A stretch of 64,000 nt of DNA from Myxococcota bacterium (GCA_039030515.1 JBCCEA010000018.1:24033-88032), one strand, 5' to 3'; positions 20,741 to 32,227 are shown, counted from the first letter of the stretch. A program made the numbers and translations. Notes: generated by a model from the letters alone, not told the origin.

Positions 20741-22384
20741 CTAGCCGTCTGAAGCCCAGGGATCCAGCACTTCGCTCTGCGGCATGCGATTCATTCTTTG
20801 AACAGGAGCTGGGGCTACGGGAGCGACCATGGGCGTAGGCTCCGGAGTCTTATTGGCTCGGCGTTCTCGTCGGGGTGCCGTGCGAGGCGTGTTCGTTCGG
20901 GCGCGGACTCGGTCGCGTTCCAGGGTGATGCTGAGTGGGGATTGGGTTAGGTGAGAGATGCGGACCCGTGCGTCTCGATGACCTTCCGCCTTCAGTTCCA
21001 GCTCATAAGCTTCGCCCCGGTTCGGGGCAGAAACCTCGATCGGTGTGTTGCCGATAAGCACGCCGTCGCGAGATACCAGTGCGTTGCTCGGGTCGCTTTG
21101 CACCGTTACCGTCAGCTCCATCGCGTTTGGATCAGGTTCAGCGGTGTCGGCGGCCCCCAGTTCTGAGCGTTCTTCCGTGTTTGTCAGACCCGTCTGCTCA
21201 GGTTCGTCTGCCTGAAGACTTGGTCCGGCAGAAACCGGTTCAGCCGCCGCCGCCGCTCTCGGTTCCTCGTTAGATACCGAAGAGTCTCTGAGCATCGCCA
21301 GGACGATCGCCGCGACGCCAGCCACCGCGAGCAACGCTCCCAACGCAACAAAGGTCTTGCGAAAGCCTCGGCTCGCTGTTGCAGGTCGCGAAATTTGGTG
21401 ACTAGGTTGAGTGTAGACTCCCGCGAGTGGAGATGCGCCATTCGGATCAGCCGCAGCCGGCATCGCTCCGCGGCTCAAAGCCTCTAAATCTAAGCGAAGC
21501 GCGTCCATAGACTCGTAGCGGAAGTCGACATCCTTGGACAGGCATTTGAGGATGACCGCTTCGAACTCCGCCTGAACCGTTCCCTCCTCTGCGACCTGAC
21601 TTGGAGGTATCGGTTCCTCATAGAGGTGCTTCGTCAGGATGCCCATCAAGTTATCCGCGTCGAAGGGAACCTGACCCGTCACCATTTCGTACATGATCAC
21701 ACCGAGCGCGTAGATGTCGGTCCGCTGGTCGACTGCACGGCCCGCGCATTGCTCCGGCGACATATAGTGAGGGGTGCCGAATACCTGCCCGGCCTTGGTG
21801 AGCTTGCTGGTGTTTCCGCCAACTTTAGCGATACCGAAATCCAGTACCTTGACAAAGTCGGAATCGCCGCCCTTGTGCACCAAGTAGATATTGTCGGGCT
21901 TTAAGTCGCGATGAACGATTCCGATCTCATGGGCTGCACCCAAGGCCCTGCAGAGCTGCCCGGTAATGTGGAGGACCCGTCCGGCATTCACCGGGGCGTC
22001 GTGCTCTACGACATGGGTCAGGTCCACTCCATCCAGGAACTCCATGACGAAATAGGTGGAGCTGTCAGGGAGCGTCCCGAAGTCGCTGATGTCGATGATG
22101 TGTTGATTCCCGATGTTTGAGGCACTCTGCGCTTCTTGGCGAAAACGCGTCATGATCTCCTCATCCTTGCTCACATCGGGCCGCAACACTTTGATCGCCA
22201 AGGGCTTTCCCAGCACGGTATGGCGCGCCTTGTAGACCAGTCCCATGCCCCCTTCGCCCAGTATGGACTCGACCTGATATCTGCCGTCGATCGTCTTACC
22301 GATCAGCGGATCATCCTGGTTCGGCTGAAGCGATTCCATCCCCTCTCCCTCGATCACTCGAAGATGCTCGGCTTGATTGTTCAT
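20741..22384 (-). CDS. Membrane Hanks-type Ser/Thr kinase with C-terminal PEGA domain
   Basis: LGEGGMG, AIKVL, HRDLKPDN, DFG, GTPHYMSPEQ; TM helix; PEGA-like VQSDPSNALVSRDGVLIGNTP. Confidence 0.93.
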   Translation of the reverse strand: MNNQAEHLRVIEGEGMESLQPNQDDPLIGKTIDGRYQVESILGEGGMGLVYKARHTVLGKPLAIKVLRPDVSKDEEIMTRFRQEAQSASNIGNQHIIDISDFGTLPDSSTYFVMEFLDGVDLTHVVEHDAPVNAGRVLHITGQLCRALGAAHEIGIVHRDLKPDNIYLVHKGGDSDFVKVLDFGIAKVGGNTSKLTKAGQVFGTPHYMSPEQCAGRAVDQRTDIYALGVIMYEMVTGQVPFDADNLMGILTKHLYEEPIPPSQVAEEGTVQAEFEAVILKCLSKDVDFRYESMDALRLDLEALSRGAMPAAADPNGASPLAGVYTQPSHQISRPATASRGFRKTFVALGALLAVAGVAAIVLAMLRDSSVSNEEPRAAAAAEPVSAGPSLQADEPEQTGLTNTEERSELGAADTAEPDPNAMELTVTVQSDPSNALVSRDGVLIGNTPIEVSAPNRGEAYELELKAEGHRDARVRISHLTQSPLSITLERDRVRARTNTPRTAPRRERRANKTPEPTPMVAPVAPAPVQRMNRMPQSEVLDPWASDG

Positions 22385-22442
22385 CGATTCAACCTCGAAA
22401 GCTAATCCATAAATCGTGCGAAATATCACACTTCATGTCTTT

Positions 22443-22476
22443 GAGAACCTACACTACCCGAGAACCTGCACTGCCC
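22443..22476. repeat. 17-bp tandem duplication with 2 mismatches, upstream of the kinase
   Basis: gagaacctacactaccc / gagaacctgcactgccc. Confidence 0.8.
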
Positions 22477-22604
22477 AAAGGCGCAGTCTGCATTCCTATA
22501 GAGGTTAAGTTGTATCGCCGAGCTAAACTTATTGCTACACAAGATGCATTTTTTCGCCATGCTCACAGATCAACGCGGGCGAGTATCGCAAAAGATATCG
22601 ATTG

Positions 22605-25298
22605 TTAACGGGCATCCTGGCTACGTAGTGCAGCCTGTGCCGCCGCCAATCGTGCGACGGGGAGCCGTGGTGGTGAGCACGATACGTAGTCCAGCCCGAC
22701 CTTCTCGCAGAACTGAATGGAGGAGGGATCTCCACCATGTTCGCCGCACAGTCCGAGTTTGATGTCGGGACGGGTCGATCGCGCACGCTCGATCGCCAGA
22801 CGGATAAGTTCGCCGACACCCTCGACATCAAGCCTCGAAAACGGATCGACGGAAAGCAGTCCTCGACCGTCTTCTAGATACTGGGGAAGGAATGCAGCGG
22901 AATCGTCCCGAGACACCCCAAAAGTTGTTTGGGTGAGATCGTTGGTTCCAAACGAAATGAAGTCCGCAAACGCTGCTATTTTATGCGCCACCATGCAGGC
23001 GCGAGGGAGCTCGATCATCGTACCCACCTTGTAGTCGATGCGGTGATCGCTTCCGGACTGGACTTCGTTTGCGATTGTATCGATATCGACACGCAGCACT
23101 TCAAGCTCTTCCGGCAGCGAGACGATGGGCAACATGATCTCTGGAAGGACCCGATGTCCTCCCCGAGAGGCGAGTAGTGCCGCCTCGAAAATGGCCCTGA
23201 TTTGCATTTTGTACAGCTGAGGCATGGTGATACCCACGCGCACCCCACGGTGCCCGAGCATTGGATTGACCTCGTGCATGCGTTCTGCTCGGCTTTTCAC
23301 GGTAGCTTCAGGTTCGCCCAGCCGCTTTGCGATCACACTCAGCTCGGAGTCGGTTCTGGGCAGGAACTCGTGAAGTGGCCAATCTAGCAGTCGAATGGTT
23401 ACCGGCAGACCGTCCATCGACCTAAAGATCTCTAGGAAGTCATCTCGCTGTACCGGAAAAAGTGCGTCTAAAAATTGGTTCCGCGACTCGTCGTCAGCTG
23501 CAAGTACGACTGCCCTCACGGTTTCCACCCTCTCGGCCGAAAAGAACATATGCTCAGTGCGACACAGACCGATCCCTTCTGCTCCGAACGCGCGTGCGGT
23601 AGTCGCTGCCGACGGGGTGTCTGCATTGGCGCGAATCCGCATGCGGCGTAGGTCGTCGGCCCACTGCATGACCTGATCAAACTCAGGCACAGCGGCTGCC
23701 GCGCGCACTTCGAGCGCTCCGAGGTAGAGGCATCCGTTGCCTCCATCGATGGTGACCACGTCGCCGCAATCGAGCTCCAACACACCACTGTCGGAAGATA
23801 CCGATACTTGCCGCGCAGAATAATCGATATTGAGCGATGAAACGCCCGCTACGCAGCACTTCCCGAGCCCTCTTGCGACTACCGCAGCATGGCTGGTCAT
23901 CCCACCTGTTGCCGTCACGATACCTCGAGCCGCTTTCATCCCGTGAATGTCTTCCGGACTGGTTTCGCGGCGGACGAGAATGACGTCCATGCCTTCTCCA
24001 CTCTTTTTTTCCGCTTCAGAGGAGTCAAACACCAGATGACCGGTGACGGCGCCCGGGCTTGCGGGGAGCCCCCTCGCGAACGGCACGATTCCTTGCCCCT
24101 TGAGGGCCTGCTCCGATGGGAGCCGAGCATGCAGAAGCTGGTCGAGGGCGACCGCGTCGACCATCGAGATCGCCTCCTCGGGCGTGTGGCTTCCTTCGGC
24201 CACCAAGTCGGTTGCGATCCGCACCGCCGCCTGCGCTGTTCGTTTTGCGGCTCGGGTTTGCAGGATGAATACCCGTCCACGCTCCACCGTAAACTCCACA
24301 TCCTGCACGTCTCGGTAGTGTGTTTCGAGCCGCTTGAGTTCGCTGCAAAGTCGCTCGAATACGTCCGGCATGGTGGACTCTAGGGAGTACGTCTCTCTTC
24401 CCGGCATGGCACCAGCAGCGGTGAGCGGGTGCGGTGTGCGGATGCCTGCCACCACATCTTCGCCCTGGGCGTTTTCAAGAAATTCCCCGTACAGACCCGG
24501 TTTTCCATTCGACGGGTTCCTGGTAAACGCCACTCCGGAGCCGCTCGTAGAACCCAGATTTCCAAACACCATCGCCTGAACCGTGCACGCAGTGCCTGAA
24601 TGCTGCGGTATGCCCTGCATCTTTCGGTATCGAATAGCGCGAGGGTTTTCCCAGCTCGCGAACACGGAGTGAATCGCTCCCCAAAGCTGAGCCTGACAAT
24701 CCTCAGGAAAGCTCGTGTCGGATTCCTTTTCGATCAGTTCAAGCAGTTTGCCGCAAAAATCTTGCATCGCATCAGCAGGAATCGAGGTGTCAGGCATTCT
24801 CGGATCGCCGAGTTGTCCCTTGAGCTGAACCAGAGCCTCTTCAAAGAGATGCTGATCAACCCCGATGACGACATTGCCGTACATCTGAATGAGTCGCCGA
24901 TAGGCATCGAATGCGAATCGCCGATTTTGGCTCTCTGCAGCCAATCCCTCTACGGTCGACGCATTGAGTCCCACGTTTAAGATGGTGTCCATCATGCCGG
25001 GCATCGACACCGACGCCCCTGATCGCACCGAGATGAGTAGCGGTGCCGCTGGATCACCAAAGCGCTTGCCCTGGTCCTGCTCCACCCACGCCAGAGCTTC
25101 AAGCGCCTGCGCTCTCACCCCGTCCGAAAGATGCCCTTCTCTCCGCAAGATTCCGGACACCTCGGTGGTGATCGTAAATCCTGGTGGTACCGGGACTCCC
25201 ATCCGCGTCATGCGGTTTAAGCCGGTTCCTTTACCGCCGAGGATCTCAACTATGTTGTCGGAGGGAGGTTCATCGACGAACCGGTACACGTAATGCAT
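22605..25298 (-). CDS. ppdK: Pyruvate, phosphate dikinase
   Basis: LGGKG, SVRSGA, phospho-His GGMTSHAAVVARG, GLCRTEHM, GTNDL, CGEHGG. Confidence 0.97.
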   Translation of the reverse strand: MHYVYRFVDEPPSDNIVEILGGKGTGLNRMTRMGVPVPPGFTITTEVSGILRREGHLSDGVRAQALEALAWVEQDQGKRFGDPAAPLLISVRSGASVSMPGMMDTILNVGLNASTVEGLAAESQNRRFAFDAYRRLIQMYGNVVIGVDQHLFEEALVQLKGQLGDPRMPDTSIPADAMQDFCGKLLELIEKESDTSFPEDCQAQLWGAIHSVFASWENPRAIRYRKMQGIPQHSGTACTVQAMVFGNLGSTSGSGVAFTRNPSNGKPGLYGEFLENAQGEDVVAGIRTPHPLTAAGAMPGRETYSLESTMPDVFERLCSELKRLETHYRDVQDVEFTVERGRVFILQTRAAKRTAQAAVRIATDLVAEGSHTPEEAISMVDAVALDQLLHARLPSEQALKGQGIVPFARGLPASPGAVTGHLVFDSSEAEKKSGEGMDVILVRRETSPEDIHGMKAARGIVTATGGMTSHAAVVARGLGKCCVAGVSSLNIDYSARQVSVSSDSGVLELDCGDVVTIDGGNGCLYLGALEVRAAAAVPEFDQVMQWADDLRRMRIRANADTPSAATTARAFGAEGIGLCRTEHMFFSAERVETVRAVVLAADDESRNQFLDALFPVQRDDFLEIFRSMDGLPVTIRLLDWPLHEFLPRTDSELSVIAKRLGEPEATVKSRAERMHEVNPMLGHRGVRVGITMPQLYKMQIRAIFEAALLASRGGHRVLPEIMLPIVSLPEELEVLRVDIDTIANEVQSGSDHRIDYKVGTMIELPRACMVAHKIAAFADFISFGTNDLTQTTFGVSRDDSAAFLPQYLEDGRGLLSVDPFSRLDVEGVGELIRLAIERARSTRPDIKLGLCGEHGGDPSSIQFCEKVGLDYVSCSPPRLPVARLAAAQAALRSQDAR

Positions 25299-25358
25299 CG
25301 TAAAACCTTGAGTTTGGAGCGCTCTGCCCCGCTATACCTTGGGAATTTGGAAAACAGC

Positions 25359-27440
25359 TCAAGTGCTGATCAAGTTGAAGTGTGCGATTCCTTTTACGAC
25401 ATCGGCAACCGAGGCGCACAGTGCAAGTCGGTTCCGGCGGACGGCTGGATCCTCGTCCATGACCAAGACGGTATCGAAGAAACGGTCTACGGGAGCCCGA
25501 AGATCGCGAGCCACGGTCTGGAGAGCGGCCCCATAGTCTCGACGTTCCACCGAAAGCGCAATGGTGCTGCGCACTCTATTAAGCGTGGCCACCAACTCCT
25601 TTTCGGCATCCTCCACCAGCAAGGCGGTTTCAACCTGCATTGGATCACTCCCCTTGCCGATGTTGTACGCGCGCTTGTAGGTGACCGCGAGTGCGTCGTA
25701 GTCAGAGGACTTTTTGAACGCATCTACCGCCTCAAGTCGTCGCTGGAAGTCGCGGACCGACTGCCCGTTCCATGCGGCAAGGCAGGCCTCGATCAGATCC
25801 GATGCGTAACGTGAACCGAACATCGATTTGACTCGTGCTCTAAAAAACGTCGAGAGTGCCGCGCAGGTGCTCGCTCGGTCGCCGAGCGTTCCGGTGGGAT
25901 AACCATCGAATGCGTAGTCCAGCGCCCCCACAAGATCGATGTCGATGTGTTCCATCGTGAGTCGAACTACGCCCAGCGCGGCACGTCTCAGAGCGAAGGG
26001 ATCGGCAGATCCGCTGGGGGTCAGTCCGATCCCGAAACATCCGACCAATGTATCGAGACGATCGGCGATGCCGACCAGGGTACCGGTCACCGTCGAGGGG
26101 AGCGCATCGTTTGCGCCCTTGGGCAGGTAGTGGTCTCGGATCGCGTCGGCCACTTCCCTCGGTTCTTCGTCTCTGAGCGCATAAAACCGCCCCATTTCGC
26201 CCTCAAGCTCGGGAAATTCACCCACGACTAGGGTGCCCAGATCTGCCTTGCATAGGGTTGCGCTGCGCTTGACTTCAGCGACGGAAATTGGCTTTGTTCT
26301 CGGTTCGAATTGGCTGTTTGCGAGATGACCGGCCAGCCGTTCCAGACGCCGCACCTTATCGCCGATGCTACCCAGTCGGTGCTGGAAGACGACCTGATCG
26401 AGCCCGGCAACCCTCGATTCAAGCGTCTGTTTTTGATCTTCGAGCAGGAAGAATCTTGCGTCAGATAGCCTCGCCCGAAGTACGCGGTCGTTACCCTTGA
26501 CGATCGCCTCTTTGTTCAAAGCGGTGTTCACGACATTGAGATAGCGAGGCAGCAGAGTCTCGTCTGCAGCGGATCGCAGCGCAAAGTATCGCTGATGATT
26601 TCTCATCACCGAGATGACCACCCCCTCGGGAAGCGACAGGAACTCCTCAGAAAAGCTCCCCGCAACCACGTTTGGCTCTTCAACTAGCGAGACGCTTTCT
26701 TCTATCAAGAACTCGTCTTCGACGATCTGTCCGCAGAGCGATGCCGCCTCTGCTGCAAGGAGGGCCTTCATTTGGTCCCTGCGCTTCTGGACATCGACCA
26801 CGACGTGGTGTGCGCGCAGCGCATCGACGTATTCCGAGGCCGACCGCAAGTCGAATTCCTGAGGACTTAGGAAGCGATGGCCTCGAGACCGACGTCCCGA
26901 GTCAACGTCTGCAAACTCGAACGGGACCAGAGTTTCTCCCCAAAGACAAACGATCCAGTGCAGCGGACGACCGAAAGAAACTGTGCCCTTTCCCCACCGC
27001 ATCGACTTCGGGAAGGGAATCCGAGCGCAGAGTTCTGGCATGATAGAGCCTAAAATCTCAACGGTAGGCCTGCCTCTCTCCTCACGTTGGACCGCCGCAT
27101 AGGCTCCCTTCTCCGTTTCTACCGATTGGATCGCGGTTGCCGGCATACCGAGCTTTTTTGCAAACCCGAGGGCGGCCTTGGTGGGTTTGCCCTCGGCATC
27201 GAACGCGATGCTCTTTTTGGGCCCTAGGACCAGTTCGGAGAGGTCCCTCTGTTTCGAGGCTGCCTGCTCGATCGTTAGGGCGAGACGCCTCGGAGTGCCT
27301 AGAGCGCTGATGCTCTTGTGATCAATTCGTCCCTTTTTGAGTAGTTCTGCCGCGAGCTGAGGCATGCTCTGCAGCGCTAGCTTGGCAAAGGATGCGGGAA
27401 GTTCCTCAGTGCCCAGTTCAAGCAGTACGTCTTCAGTCAT
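25359..27440 (-). CDS. glyS: Glycyl-tRNA synthetase beta subunit
   Basis: [39 protein letters not shown]. Confidence 0.97.
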   Translation of the reverse strand: MTEDVLLELGTEELPASFAKLALQSMPQLAAELLKKGRIDHKSISALGTPRRLALTIEQAASKQRDLSELVLGPKKSIAFDAEGKPTKAALGFAKKLGMPATAIQSVETEKGAYAAVQREERGRPTVEILGSIMPELCARIPFPKSMRWGKGTVSFGRPLHWIVCLWGETLVPFEFADVDSGRRSRGHRFLSPQEFDLRSASEYVDALRAHHVVVDVQKRRDQMKALLAAEAASLCGQIVEDEFLIEESVSLVEEPNVVAGSFSEEFLSLPEGVVISVMRNHQRYFALRSAADETLLPRYLNVVNTALNKEAIVKGNDRVLRARLSDARFFLLEDQKQTLESRVAGLDQVVFQHRLGSIGDKVRRLERLAGHLANSQFEPRTKPISVAEVKRSATLCKADLGTLVVGEFPELEGEMGRFYALRDEEPREVADAIRDHYLPKGANDALPSTVTGTLVGIADRLDTLVGCFGIGLTPSGSADPFALRRAALGVVRLTMEHIDIDLVGALDYAFDGYPTGTLGDRASTCAALSTFFRARVKSMFGSRYASDLIEACLAAWNGQSVRDFQRRLEAVDAFKKSSDYDALAVTYKRAYNIGKGSDPMQVETALLVEDAEKELVATLNRVRSTIALSVERRDYGAALQTVARDLRAPVDRFFDTVLVMDEDPAVRRNRLALCASVADVVKGIAHFNLIST

Positions 27441-28371
27441 CTGCTGCCTCTACCTCGCTCAGGGGATGTCCGAGCTCTTCTCGTTGCTGCACCCAAGATT
27501 CTGCGCATGCACGCGCGAGCTGCCGCACTCGGCCGATGTACCGCTGTCGCTCGGTCACGCTTATCGCTCCCCGGGCGTCGAGTACATTGAAGAAATGACT
27601 GCACTTGATGACCTGATCGTACGCGGGTAGCACAAGTCGTTTGAGCGGGTTCCGATCGAATCTAAGGGCGCTCCCCTTACCCTTTTGCGGCGAGAGTCCC
27701 AGCAGCCTTCTGCACTGCAGTTCATGATCTTCAAAGAGTCTCAGATGCTGTTCGATATCGGCTTCTTCAAAGTTGTAGGTACTCCACTCCCATTCCGATC
27801 TCTGGAACACCTGACCGTAGGAAATCCCCTTCGCGTACGCTAGGTCGTACACATCGTCTACGTCCTGGAGGTACATCGCGATGCGCTCTAATCCGTACGT
27901 CAGTTCACCGCTCACTGGACGGCAATCGATCCCGCCACACTGCTGGAAGTAGGTGAATTGGCTGATCTCGAGACCGTCCAACCATACCTGCCACCCTAGC
28001 CCCCAAGCGCCAAGGGTCGGCGACTCCCAATCGTCCTCAACAAATCGAAGGTCGTGGTCTATGGGGCTCGTTCCGATCGTCCGAAGCGATTCCAGATATC
28101 GCTCCTGAATGTCGATCGGAGAAGGCTTGAGGATCACTTGAAACTGATGGAACGACTGAAGCCGGTTTGGGTTTTCCCCATAGCGCCCGTCGGTCGGACG
28201 GCGAGACGGTTCCACGTACGCCACGTTCCACGGCTCCGGCCCCAAAGCGCGCAGAAAGGTGTGCGGGTTGAAGGTTCCCGCACCGACCTCCGAGTCGTAA
28301 GGCTGAACGAGCAAACACCCGTGTTCACTCCAAAACTTTTGCAGCGTGAGGATGAGATCTTGAAAAAACAT
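27433..28371 (-). CDS. glyQ: Glycyl-tRNA synthetase alpha subunit
   Basis: [46 protein letters not shown]. Confidence 0.98.
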   Translation of the reverse strand: MFFQDLILTLQKFWSEHGCLLVQPYDSEVGAGTFNPHTFLRALGPEPWNVAYVEPSRRPTDGRYGENPNRLQSFHQFQVILKPSPIDIQERYLESLRTIGTSPIDHDLRFVEDDWESPTLGAWGLGWQVWLDGLEISQFTYFQQCGGIDCRPVSGELTYGLERIAMYLQDVDDVYDLAYAKGISYGQVFQRSEWEWSTYNFEEADIEQHLRLFEDHELQCRRLLGLSPQKGKGSALRFDRNPLKRLVLPAYDQVIKCSHFFNVLDARGAISVTERQRYIGRVRQLARACAESWVQQREELGHPLSEVEAADD

Positions 28372-28376
28372 CGTGC

Positions 28377-29258
28377 CTATTCCTGCGAGGGTGATTCGGT
28401 TTCCTCTTCTGACTCCAAGTCGCTGTCCTCGTCCGGTGGGATATGGCTGCGGGCTGCGGCGGCGGCCGCTTGACCTTCACGTGCCGCCTCCTCGAGATCG
28501 AGCGGCTCACCCATTTTTCGTTCGAAGAGCGAACGACTTTCTTCGCTGAGTTCGCTGAATTCCTTAAGCGTAGGCAGTTCCTTGAGTGTCGGAAGTCCGA
28601 AAAACTCGAGAAAGAAGGTGGTCGTGCCGTAGATCAGTGGACGACCCGGCTCCTCTTTCCTGCCCAAGATCTTGATAAGCTCCCGCTCGGCAAGCACCTT
28701 GACCGCCGACCCTGTATCCACACCCCGAAGCTCGTCTACCTCGGGTTTGGTGATCGGTTGTCGGTAGGCTACCACCGCGAGCGTCTCCAACTGTGCACGG
28801 CTCAAGCGAACGGGACGCTGCCTGGTAAATTGTTGCACATAATCTGCATTTGAAGCGGCAGTTCTGAACTGATACGCCCCGTTGATGTTCGCCAAGCGAA
28901 TCCCTCGCTCGCGGTAGTCCTCTTCGAGCTGTGCGAGCGCGTGTGCAACGACCGCCGGGCGCGATTTGGCTGCTTTCGCCAGTCCGCTCACGTTCAAAGG
29001 TTTGCCTGCGATGAAGAGAATACTCTCCAGCACAGATTTGAGATCCTCATCTGGGGTTGCTTGTGCCGAATGATCGGAGTTCCAGTCCCGCAGCCGATGT
29101 TCTTCCTGCCCGCGCGTCTCTTCGTGTTCTTCACGTCCCTCGTGCGACGATTGCCGAGTTGATTCGAGTGCATCAGGCGCAGGTGTGCCCTCGATCTCCG
29201 GCGGCGCAGATTCGGACGGAAACGAGTCTGTGCTCCCCATTTGGTCCACTTCACTCAT
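28377..29258 (-). CDS. scpB: SMC-Scp complex subunit ScpB with disordered N- and C-terminal extensions
   Basis: [38 protein letters not shown]. Confidence 0.95.
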   Translation of the reverse strand: MSEVDQMGSTDSFPSESAPPEIEGTPAPDALESTRQSSHEGREEHEETRGQEEHRLRDWNSDHSAQATPDEDLKSVLESILFIAGKPLNVSGLAKAAKSRPAVVAHALAQLEEDYRERGIRLANINGAYQFRTAASNADYVQQFTRQRPVRLSRAQLETLAVVAYRQPITKPEVDELRGVDTGSAVKVLAERELIKILGRKEEPGRPLIYGTTTFFLEFFGLPTLKELPTLKEFSELSEESRSLFERKMGEPLDLEEAAREGQAAAAAARSHIPPDEDSDLESEEETESPSQE

Positions 29259-29282
29259 CGCTCTCTTCAACCTCTTGATCGC

Positions 29283-30077
29283 CTAGACCTCACTCCCGCT
29301 AGGACGCAGCGCAGGTTCCGTTTCCGCTGCGATTCGAGATTCGATTTCGATCGGTCCACCAGGATCCGACTGAAAAACGCGCACCAAGCGCGCCTTGGCC
29401 ATCTCAAGAATCGCCAGAAAAGTCACCACAATATCGTAGGTGGTGCCCACCGCGTCGAATAGATACTCAAAATTACACTTGCCTGAATCATGAAGTATTG
29501 CGGTGATCTGAGTCATTCGTTCTTGGATTGAAATACGCTCGGCACTGATTTGGAGCGAGAGCCCTTTTTTTTGCTTTTCGAGCACCCTCTGTATCGCTTC
29601 CAGCAATTTGAAAATGCTGATCTCCTGAAGAGGCGCCTCCGCGCGCACCTGCTGAGGTCTTGCCGGTCGCGGAAATACGTCGCGTCCGGTCCAGGGACGA
29701 TCGCCCAAATCCTCTGCTGCATGACGGTACTTCTGATATTCGAGTAGCCTGCGGATAAGCGTTGCACGAGGGTCTTGCTCGTCGGCGTCTTCTTCGGAGG
29801 GCTCTTCGTACGGGCTTGGGGGCAGCATCATTTTGCTCTTGATGCGAGCAAGCTCCGCCGACATGACGAGGTACTCCCCTGCCACCTCCAGATTCAGCAC
29901 TTTCATCATCTGGATATGGGCTAGATATTTTTCTGCGACGAACGCGATGGGCAGGTCGAGCAGATCGAGCTCATGCTTCTGAGCTAGGTGCAGCAGGAGA
30001 TCGAGCGGTCCTTCAAACGTGGGGAGTGCGATACGGAAAGAAGGGTCGAGCGGTGGGGGCAACTCTGCTCGGCTCAT
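29283..30077 (-). CDS. scpA: Segregation and condensation protein A (kleisin)
   Basis: FEGPLDLLLHL, IKSKMMLP, VVTFLAILEM. Confidence 0.95.
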   Translation of the reverse strand: MSRAELPPPLDPSFRIALPTFEGPLDLLLHLAQKHELDLLDLPIAFVAEKYLAHIQMMKVLNLEVAGEYLVMSAELARIKSKMMLPPSPYEEPSEEDADEQDPRATLIRRLLEYQKYRHAAEDLGDRPWTGRDVFPRPARPQQVRAEAPLQEISIFKLLEAIQRVLEKQKKGLSLQISAERISIQERMTQITAILHDSGKCNFEYLFDAVGTTYDIVVTFLAILEMAKARLVRVFQSDPGGPIEIESRIAAETEPALRPSGSEV

Positions 30078-30078
30078 C

Positions 30079-30738
30079 TTACGATCCAAAGCCGGCAAGC
30101 TTGGCGATGCACCATATCAAAACGGTAGTCACTGGACCCAACACGAAGCTCCCGAGGGTGCGTCCTCCCACCAGGGGTATAAAGAAAATGACCGCAAAAA
30201 TCAGGAAAGAATACTGCTGCAAGGTCGCTTTCAGACCATCCATAGATGCCGGAAGCAGGTAGCTTCCATCGAGGGGTGGCAAAGGCACGAGGTTGAACAC
30301 GGCCAGTAGTGCGTTGAGGTAGAAGAGCTGCTGCAGCAGTTGACCAAGAAAATCAGAGTCGTCGAGTTCGAGGGTGAATACCAGTCGAAGTGCCAAAGCG
30401 GCTCCAAGAGCGAGCAGGATGTTGGACAGTGGACCCGCGACGGCCGTAAGCGCTGCGCCGCGTCGCATGCTGACCCCGCGAAAATTAACCGGTGAAAATC
30501 GGACTGGTTTGGCCCACCCGAAGACCATGCCGCCGGACAGTATCAGTAAGATTGGAAAAATAATCGAGCCAAGCAGGTCGACATGGCTCGCCGGGGAAAG
30601 TGTGAGGCGCCCCTCAGAGGATGGAGTCGAGTCTCCGAGCCGAGTTGCCGCCCAGGCATGAGCGTATTCGTGCACGCAGAGCGAAAAGAGAAGCGCTGGC
30701 ATCATCAGCGCAATGTTGCGAATGACCTCCGGATTCAC
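30079..30738 (-). CDS. Site-2 protease (M50) family membrane metalloprotease
   Basis: HEYAH, GRLTLSP, GWAKPV, NLVPLPPLDG. Confidence 0.93.
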   Translation of the reverse strand: MNPEVIRNIALMMPALLFSLCVHEYAHAWAATRLGDSTPSSEGRLTLSPASHVDLLGSIIFPILLILSGGMVFGWAKPVRFSPVNFRGVSMRRGAALTAVAGPLSNILLALGAALALRLVFTLELDDSDFLGQLLQQLFYLNALLAVFNLVPLPPLDGSYLLPASMDGLKATLQQYSFLIFAVIFFIPLVGGRTLGSFVLGPVTTVLIWCIAKLAGFGS

Positions 30739-30800
30739 GACCTACTCCGAAACCGAGGGTGTAGGTCGCGCTGCTTGATGAGTCAACGCATCCGGTGAGG

Positions 30801-31268
30801 CTATTTCTGCAGCGCGTCGAGCGCGTTCAAGACTTCGTCAACGTGTCCCTTGACGCGGACTTTCGGAAATCGATGCCTTACGATTCCCGCCGGATCCACG
30901 ATCACCGTCGAACGAACGATTCCCATCGACTTCTTGCCGTACATATTCTTTTCACCCCAAGCGCCATAGGCTTCGATCATGTCGCCGGACGGATCGCTGA
31001 GCAGCTCAACTTGGAGTGCATGTTTGTCGATGAACTTGCAGTGTTTCTCGATGGTGTCTTTGCTGACGCCAATGATCTTCGCGTTGCGCTCACCGAAGGT
31101 TTCGGACGCTGCAGTAAAATCCTTGGCTTCGGTAGTGCAGCCTGGGGTGTCATCGCGCGGGTAGAAATAGACGACCAGCCAGCTGCCCTTAAACTCCTCG
31201 AGTGAACGATTCCCGCCAGCGGAGGTCTCCAAACTGAACTGTGGCGCTCGATCTCCCTCGGTCAACAT
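30801..31268 (-). CDS. bcp: Peroxiredoxin Bcp/PrxQ
   Basis: YFYPRDDTPGCTTEA, YGAWGEKNMYGKK. Confidence 0.95.
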   Translation of the reverse strand: MLTEGDRAPQFSLETSAGGNRSLEEFKGSWLVVYFYPRDDTPGCTTEAKDFTAASETFGERNAKIIGVSKDTIEKHCKFIDKHALQVELLSDPSGDMIEAYGAWGEKNMYGKKSMGIVRSTVIVDPAGIVRHRFPKVRVKGHVDEVLNALDALQK

Positions 31269-31396
31269 ATCTAGCCTCGCCTCCGTCCCTCGTGTCTCGA
31301 GTTCGTAGTGCCTTCGTGCCGGAAGCGCATCCCGTCACTTCAAGGAAAAGTTCTTATCGCCCGGGCGATCGCCGCTCCATGGGCTAAGGTCGGCAG

Positions 31397-32149
31397 ATGA
31401 CTACGCCCGTTTCTGTGCCGGAAGGCATGCCCGGCGTGACCGAGCTTGCCGCGATTCGGGGTGCGCGCATCCTGGTGTTGGGCGCTACTGGAGCTGTCGG
31501 TTCGGTGGTCGTCGAAAGCTGTCTAGCCCTCGGGGCAGAGGTGATCGCTTCGGCGCGAACTCGAACTCGACTCGATGAACTCCGTGCGAACCTTGGTCAG
31601 CACGATCGCCTTGAGGTCGCGGAGTGTGACGCCACCGATCCTGCGGGGGTGGAGGCGCTTTTCGCGGCGGTTTCTCGCAAGCGCGAGGTGAGCAACATCG
31701 TCCACTGCATCGGAGGCTTCCAGTTTGGCCCGATCAAGGAGCTTGAAACTGACGCCGCACAACGCCTGATCGACCTCAACCTGGTGTCGGCTCTTTGGGT
31801 GCTCCGAGCCGCATTAAGACGTATGCCCGCCCGTCTTCGCGCGGTGGTGATAACGGGGGCTCGGGCGACCACACCTGAAGCCAATTTTGCGCTTTACGGG
31901 GCGGCTAAGGCTGCAGTCACCCACCTCGTCGAAGCCGTCGCCCAGGAAGCGATGTCGGTCGGCGGCCGAGTCAATGCGATCTTACCCGGAGTCATCGACA
32001 CGCCCACCAATCGCCGGGCTATGCCGGATGCGGATCCCGAGGGGTGGGTGAGTCCTCTGCGCATCGCAAAGGCTGTGGTGTGGCTACTCACCGACGCTGC
32101 GGACGGGCTCAACGGAGCGCATCTTCGAATGCCCGATAGCGGCGCTTAG
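31397..32149 (+). CDS. Short-chain dehydrogenase/reductase
   Basis: GATGAVG Rossmann motif, YGAAK, PGVIDTPTNR. Confidence 0.9.
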   Translation: MTTPVSVPEGMPGVTELAAIRGARILVLGATGAVGSVVVESCLALGAEVIASARTRTRLDELRANLGQHDRLEVAECDATDPAGVEALFAAVSRKREVSNIVHCIGGFQFGPIKELETDAAQRLIDLNLVSALWVLRAALRRMPARLRAVVITGARATTPEANFALYGAAKAAVTHLVEAVAQEAMSVGGRVNAILPGVIDTPTNRRAMPDADPEGWVSPLRIAKAVVWLLTDAADGLNGAHLRMPDSGA

Positions 32150-32172
32150 CAGGGCGTCGAACCGCTATACGA

Positions 32173-32227
32173 ACGCTCCCTAGATGACTGACGCTCCCTA
32201 GATGACTGACGCGAGCTAGATGACTGA
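32173..32227. repeat. 18-bp tandem repeat x3 spanning the phosphoesterase start codon
   Basis: acgctccctagatgactg x2 followed by acgcgagctagatgactg. Confidence 0.9.

Noticed and set aside
22544..22559. Sigma54-like promoter upstream of the kinase (TGGCGAAAAAATGCA, minus strand)
   Set aside because: GG-to-GC spacing is 9 nt instead of the required 10
32184..32219. Amber recoding (pyrrolysine or TAG readthrough)
   Set aside because: Many ordinary genes here end in TAG, no pyl genes are present, and the tandem repeat explains the pattern
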